Assembly (NCBI GenBank): GCA_000433115.1 | Contig: FR892195.1 | Coordinates: 2,523-39,208 of the forward strand | DNA from: Ruminococcus sp. CAG:382 | GTDB taxonomy: Bacteria; Bacillota; Clostridia; Oscillospirales; CAG-382 | Direction of reading: 5' to 3' | Length of the DNA stretch: 36,686 nt | In this document: one piece after another, positions 32,192 through 36,686 of the stretch | How positions within the stretch are numbered: position 1 is the first letter of the stretch | Layout of the letters: every line of letters starts with the position of its first letter | Made by a program: the position numbers and the translations under genes | The notes under the pieces: model-generated | Seen by the model: only the letters and a program-made list of their open reading frames with translations | What the model was told of the DNA's origin: nothing | The model's database searches: none

Positions 32192-33799
32192 ATGGCGCTG
32201 ACCTTTCCCGGAGGCATTGCTTTCTATGACCGCAGATCGACTGCCTGCAAAGAGTTTTCTGAAATGGAAGCCCCGGCATTTTGCAGATATGATATACCTG
32301 ACGGCTTTGATACAATTGTGAATGCCGGTGATATGATATTCGTGAATTCGCCGCTGATGCGCGATCACGAAGGTTTTTACATTTACTCCACGGTTTCGGG
32401 GAATGTATGCGAAGTGAACCGAAAGATTGTTACAGTCGAAAACGACGGAGAATTTGTTTCGGTACCTCTCTTTGAGCAGATTCAGAAACCTGTTTTGGAG
32501 CTGACATCTGACGAAATCATTTCATATGTCAAGTCCTGCGGCATAACAGGCACTTTTTCCGGTGAACCGGTTTACAGAAAAATGGAACGTTCTCTTCAAA
32601 AGGCGCGTCGGCTTGTTATTTCTTGCGTTGAATCTGACCCGTGCTCGGGTCATGTCAGATCTTTTGCCGTTAAAAATGCCGATGGTATTGTATTGGGCGC
32701 CAAGCTTGTAATGCTGGCACTCGGCATAAAAAAGACCGTCATTGCGTTCGGAGAAAGGGACACGAAAGTCGCTTCGGCGTTTGAAAAAGTAATAACTCAT
32801 AAGAATATGCTTGTAAGTGCATTTGTCGATGAGAAATACCCACAGGGAGACGACAGATTGCTTATTTCATCAATATATCATGTCGAGATACCGTTTTCAC
32901 GCACTCCCGAGGAGTGCGGATATCTCGTCATGTCTGCCGAGACGGTTTTCAATGTATATCATTGTCTGAAAAATGCGTGTTGTGTTACGAAAAAGGCACT
33001 GACCGTTGCAGGTGACGGTATTCCGTCACCGCTTAATCTTATGGCACATATCGGTACGCCTTTTGAGGATATCGCGTCGTCATATCAGGCGGAAACAGAT
33101 GCATTGGCCGTAAACGGCGGAATCATAAACGGCAGGATCACAGACGGCGGCGCTGTCTCGCAGTCTACCAACGTTCTGGCGTTTGTCAGACCTTATAAGC
33201 AGCATACCGATGAATGCATACGCTGTTCTCGCTGCGCTTCGGTTTGCCCGATGCATCTTATCCCGTATATGTTCCTCGAGAATCATCAAAACGGGAGACA
33301 CGGTGACAATATCGACTTCGGAATTTATAACTGTATAGAATGCGGCTGTTGCGCCTATGTATGTCCGTCTGCAATAGATCTGCTCGGGATGATACGTAAC
33401 TACCGTGGTGAAGCATCGATTGTATATGAGTCTGATGAGCCTGACGATTTACCTGATATTTCGAATGAAGCGGTATTTTTTGAGGAAAATTCCGACCCGT
33501 TTTTCGGTGCAACGCCTGAAAGTGCAGTTGATGTCAATTCTGAAGAGCAATCGGATGATGATGTTGAAGCATTGCCGGAAGCTGACGAATCCATCGCGGC
33601 TGCAGTGCGGGAAGCCGAATCGACACCGTCTGGCGGAGACAGCGATCTTGTTTCAATACCGGAGCTTGACCTTTCGGAGATAGGAAAAAAACGTAAAAAG
33701 AAAAAGAAGGATTTCGGAAAAGAGCTTGGCGATGTTCTCAAAGCAAATCCGGAAGATTTTGATGAGAAGGGGGATGACGCAAATGATGATTGCAAATAG
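32192..33799 (+). CDS. RnfC-like 2x[4Fe-4S] protein with degenerate nucleotide/FMN-binding motifs and a long acidic tail
   Basis: The RnfC_N-like start is LTFPGGIAF...STVSGNVCEV...VENDGEF. Two ferredoxin motifs are present, CIRCSRCASVCP and CIECGCCAYVCP. Where RnfC has GLGGAGFPT and NGAECEPY, this protein has GTFSGEPVY and SCVESDPC. Confidence 0.7.
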   Translation: MALTFPGGIAFYDRRSTACKEFSEMEAPAFCRYDIPDGFDTIVNAGDMIFVNSPLMRDHEGFYIYSTVSGNVCEVNRKIVTVENDGEFVSVPLFEQIQKPVLELTSDEIISYVKSCGITGTFSGEPVYRKMERSLQKARRLVISCVESDPCSGHVRSFAVKNADGIVLGAKLVMLALGIKKTVIAFGERDTKVASAFEKVITHKNMLVSAFVDEKYPQGDDRLLISSIYHVEIPFSRTPEECGYLVMSAETVFNVYHCLKNACCVTKKALTVAGDGIPSPLNLMAHIGTPFEDIASSYQAETDALAVNGGIINGRITDGGAVSQSTNVLAFVRPYKQHTDECIRCSRCASVCPMHLIPYMFLENHQNGRHGDNIDFGIYNCIECGCCAYVCPSAIDLLGMIRNYRGEASIVYESDEPDDLPDISNEAVFFEENSDPFFGATPESAVDVNSEEQSDDDVEALPEADESIAAAVREAESTPSGGDSDLVSIPELDLSEIGKKRKKKKKDFGKELGDVLKANPEDFDEKGDDANDDCK

Positions 33800-34781
33800 C
33801 AGTATGCACGCACCGTACGTTAGAATGGGACGCGGAAGCTACCGTGTTATGTGCGATGTGCTCATCGCTATGATACCGCCGATCGTATGGGCGGTTTATG
33901 TGTTCGGCGGGCGGGCTGTCACGATGATTGTCGTAGGCGTGACGTTTGCATCTGCTGCCGATTATTCATTCAGACGTTTTATCTTCCGTAAGGGGAATGA
34001 TTTCGATGTTTCGGCGGCAGTTACCGGTATACTCATCGGATTTGCACTCCCCGTATCCGCCCCGCTTTGGCTTCCCGCATTTGCGGCGCTTGTTGCAATA
34101 TGCGTTAAGTATTCCGCGGGCGGCATCGGTAAAAATCTCTTCAATCCGGCGGCGTCCGGCATCTGTGTTTCGTATCTCCTTTTCGGAAAAAATATGACCG
34201 TATTCACAAAACCGTTTGCATCGCTGCCTGCATTTGCGCTGAGCGTTCCCGACGCGGTCCTCAACGAATACGGAGTTGCGACATCACTTGATCTCATGCG
34301 TGACGGGAAGGTGGTCACGTCCTCAATAGCGGATTATTTTTACGGAATAGAAGCCGGTGCGATCGGCGCCGTTTCCGCAGCGCTTCTCACGGTTTCACTC
34401 ATATATCTTCTCATACGCCGTGTTTCCGGTGTGGGGGCACTTGCCGGATATCTTATGGGTATGCTCGTACTTACGTTTTTCACTGCGTATGCCGATTGTG
34501 AACCGATCGATTTTGCAGCGACTCAGCTGTTTTCGGGCGGCATATTTCTTGTTTCGGTATTTATGCTGAGCGACTATGCAACGTCTCCGTCAACCATGGC
34601 GGGCAAAATCGCATTCGGAGTCGTCTGTGCTGTGTTTACCGTTGCTATACGATATTACGGAATGATTCATTACGGCGAGTATTTCGCACTCCTTGTGTCG
34701 AATATGCTCGTCCCGGTTATCGACAAGGCAACGTGGCAGCGTGTCTACGGCAGTTATGTCAGGAGGAACATTGATGGCTGA
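33783..34781 (+). CDS. RnfD/NqrB-family integral membrane protein
   Basis: DVSAAVTGILIGFALP, GGIGKNLFNPAASG, and GVATSLD (compare ATPLD, the flavinylation site). The protein has multiple TM segments. The start is ambiguous (ATG 33774, 33783 or 33786, after GAAGGGGG), and the ORF track's 33726 overlaps the upstream gene extensively. Confidence 0.8.
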   Translation: MMIANSSMHAPYVRMGRGSYRVMCDVLIAMIPPIVWAVYVFGGRAVTMIVVGVTFASAADYSFRRFIFRKGNDFDVSAAVTGILIGFALPVSAPLWLPAFAALVAICVKYSAGGIGKNLFNPAASGICVSYLLFGKNMTVFTKPFASLPAFALSVPDAVLNEYGVATSLDLMRDGKVVTSSIADYFYGIEAGAIGAVSAALLTVSLIYLLIRRVSGVGALAGYLMGMLVLTFFTAYADCEPIDFAATQLFSGGIFLVSVFMLSDYATSPSTMAGKIAFGVVCAVFTVAIRYYGMIHYGEYFALLVSNMLVPVIDKATWQRVYGSYVRRNIDG

Positions 34782-35304
34782 ATTACTGATAACGGTTTTT
34801 CTGTTGCTTGCACTCGAAAATGCACTGTTCACAGTTGTCTTCAAAAACACACGTTTTCTTGCATTTTCATACGAAACCGGCAATGTGTTCCTCTATGCGA
34901 TCATGCTCGGTGCAATACCGGCATTGTCCGTGATTGTTTCCGCAATGCTTTCGGATACAGAAAGTATGCTGCTTGCAGTCCTTATATCCGTTGTGCTTGC
35001 CGGAGCGGTTACTGCATATGAAAAATTCGCGAAGAAGAGCGACGATTGGTATTTCGCACTGTCGCTCGTCATAAATACTGCGGTTGTTGTATTGCTCAGT
35101 ACAGTATTTGCGAAAAAAAATATTGCCGTTTCTCCGACTGTATGCGCAGTGTTTTCGGGAATCAGCGCAGCTGTTTCCGCGCTGTGTTTCTGCGGCGTCA
35201 AAAACAACTTTTATCGTATGAAGCGCAATACGGTCATGACATGCGTCGCTTCGGCAGTGCTTGTACTGATTGCGATTGCGGCGTTTTTAGGTTTTGCAGT
35301 CTGA
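34774..35304 (+). CDS. Rnf-Nqr (RnfA/RnfE-like) membrane protein, divergent, lacking the conserved Cys motifs
   Basis: ATG 34774 lies after AGGAGGA and overlaps the RnfD-like stop (ATGGCTGA). [25 protein letters not shown] aligns by eye with the RnfA [35 protein letters not shown] aligns with LITTNCAVLG, and ISAAVSAL with FSAAVGFSL. Confidence 0.55.
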   Translation: [176 protein letters not shown]

Positions 35305-35311
35305 GGGAAAA

Positions 35312-36686
35312 ATGATAAAAAAGAACGATAGAATTCGTGTCAGCATTACCGACGTAACCAATCTCGGATACGGCGTGGCAAAGTACGACGGCGAAACCGT
35401 TTTCGTCAGAGATACGGTCACGGGTGATGAAGCCGTCGCGGTGATTATAAAAAAATATCCGACGTATGCTATTGCAATCTGCGATTCGCTCATGAAGCAA
35501 TCGCCTTATCGATGTGAGAATCGCTGTGCGTCATTTCCGGTGTGCGGTGGCTGCTCATACCGCCATATTGATTATGCGTATGAGCTTGAGCTGAAGCGTT
35601 CATATGTCAGCTCCTGCTTTGCTAAAGAAGGGCTCGATATCTATGTTCAGCCTGTCATGCATACAGCCGTCACGGCATATCGAAACAAGGTTCAGTACCC
35701 CGTTGCGGTCGGAAAAGACGGAAGGCTGTATCTCGGATTTTTTTCGGAATACAGTCATCGCGCTGTCAGCAGTGACGGTTGTCTGACGGAAGCAGCATGC
35801 TTTTCGCCTGTAAAAACAGCTATAACCGATCTGATAAACCGTTTCGGGTACAGTGCATATAATGAAAAAAACGGAACAGGTCTTTTGCGTCACGTGTTCT
35901 TGCGCTGTAATTATAAAGGTGAGGTTCACGTATGCTTTGTAATAAATGGTACTGTGCTTCCGAGACAAAGCAATTTCGTTTCGGCTCTTCTCGCTCAGAG
36001 AAATGAAATACGTGGCATATCTCTGAATATTAATACCGCAAACACAAACGTCATTCTCGGCGAAAAAAGTATTTTGTTATATGGCGAAGAGAAATTGATT
36101 GACATAATGCTCGGACGAGAATTTGCCATCAGTCCGCAGTCATTCTGGCAAATAAACCGCGATACTGCAGAAGCGCTCTACGCAAAAGGGAAGGAGTTGC
36201 TTGCTCTTGACAGCGGAGATGTTTTGCTTGACCTTTATTGCGGCATCGGCAGCATCGGGCTTTCGATCGCGGATAAAAGCACTCGTCTTTTTGGCGTTGA
36301 AGTAGTGCACGAAGCTGTTGAAGATGCCGTTTACAACGCAAAGCGCAATGGATTTTCTGATGCTTCATTTATTTGCGGTGATGCTCGAATCGGTTTTTCT
36401 GAATGCCGTGAAAAATTCGGAAGCTTTGATGCCGTAATTGTCGACCCGCCCAGGAAAGGAATTTCTGCCGAGGTGATCGGTCATATTGTCGACTCCGCGG
36501 TGTCAAAGGTACTGTATATTTCATGCAATCCCGCGACCCTTGCGCGCGATGTAAAGACGCTTTCTGAAATGGGATATGTTGCGGATATCGCGTATCCGTT
36601 CGATATGTTCCCTCGTACCGGGCATGTTGAGACGGTTGTTTTGCTTTCCAAGGGAGAAATCGACTCGAAGAAGGTGCGGGTGGAGT
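35312..36686 (+). CDS. rlmD: 23S rRNA (uracil-C5)-methyltransferase, RlmD/RumA family (3' end runs off the window)
   Basis: Absent from the ORF track because there is no stop in the window. Translating from ATG 35312, the frame is open to the end. The TRAM domain is MIKKNDRIRVSITDVTNLGYGVAKYDGETVFV, the Fe-S motif is CASFPVCGGCSYRH, the SAM motif is LLDLYCGIGSIG, and the catalytic region is YISCNPATLARD. Confidence 0.9.
   Translation, partial: MIKKNDRIRVSITDVTNLGYGVAKYDGETVFVRDTVTGDEAVAVIIKKYPTYAIAICDSLMKQSPYRCENRCASFPVCGGCSYRHIDYAYELELKRSYVSSCFAKEGLDIYVQPVMHTAVTAYRNKVQYPVAVGKDGRLYLGFFSEYSHRAVSSDGCLTEAACFSPVKTAITDLINRFGYSAYNEKNGTGLLRHVFLRCNYKGEVHVCFVINGTVLPRQSNFVSALLAQRNEIRGISLNINTANTNVILGEKSILLYGEEKLIDIMLGREFAISPQSFWQINRDTAEALYAKGKELLALDSGDVLLDLYCGIGSIGLSIADKSTRLFGVEVVHEAVEDAVYNAKRNGFSDASFICGDARIGFSECREKFGSFDAVIVDPPRKGISAEVIGHIVDSAVSKVLYISCNPATLARDVKTLSEMGYVADIAYPFDMFPRTGHVETVVLLSKGEIDSKKVRVE

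Noticed and set aside
1-36686. Mobile elements, prophage, CRISPR arrays, tRNA/rRNA genes, toxin-antitoxin or known defence systems.
   Set aside because: I found no transposase, integrase, recombinase or Cas-like motifs, no long or terminal inverted repeats, no regularly spaced repeats and no tRNA-like cloverleaf candidates. Gene content is housekeeping and composition looks uniform by eye.

Overview
This window looks like ordinary core chromosome from an endospore-forming Bacillota/Clostridia organism (Oscillospiraceae/Ruminococcaceae-like by gene content; this is inference). It is densely coding on both strands. I found no rRNA, tRNA, CRISPR, transposase, integrase, phage or recognisable defence genes.

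Supportable content, left to right:
- A partial NlpC/P60-SH3 lipoprotein gene (missed by the ORF track because it runs off the left edge).
- An OmpR-type two-component operon with a coupled unknown membrane protein.
- An SOS-boxed dinB.
- A yccF-gltX-glnS-deacetylase operon.
- cysK, then a convergent Fe-S-type Rrf2 regulator, then mnmA.
- A DUF2974 hydrolase plus a small membrane protein.
- A GH25 lysozyme.
- The spoIIAA-spoIIAB-sigF sporulation operon.
- An ECF sigma factor and a large soluble partner.
- A GH36 alpha-galactosidase downstream of mgtE, which has a structured leader.
- upp-ung.
- An orphan solute-binding lipoprotein plus a discoidin/DUF4855 lipoprotein.
- A sirtuin.
- DUF4364-nth.
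- A three-gene degenerate Rnf-like module.
- A partial rlmD/rumA-type methyltransferase (also missed by the ORF track, right edge).

Many sigma-A promoters with the extended -10 TGATATAAT/TGATATACT and several intrinsic terminators are readable directly.

The best candidates for something undescribed:
1. The stripped-down Rnf-like module (32192-35304), whose cofactor motifs appear lost.
2. The ECF sigma gene and its 572-aa partner, which lie in one frame separated by a single TGA with coding-like sequence across the gap (18288-18368).
3. The mgtE leader, which does not look like a canonical M-box.
4. The orphan SBP/DUF4855 lipoprotein pair.

All functional calls come from motif recognition by eye. 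No database search was run.
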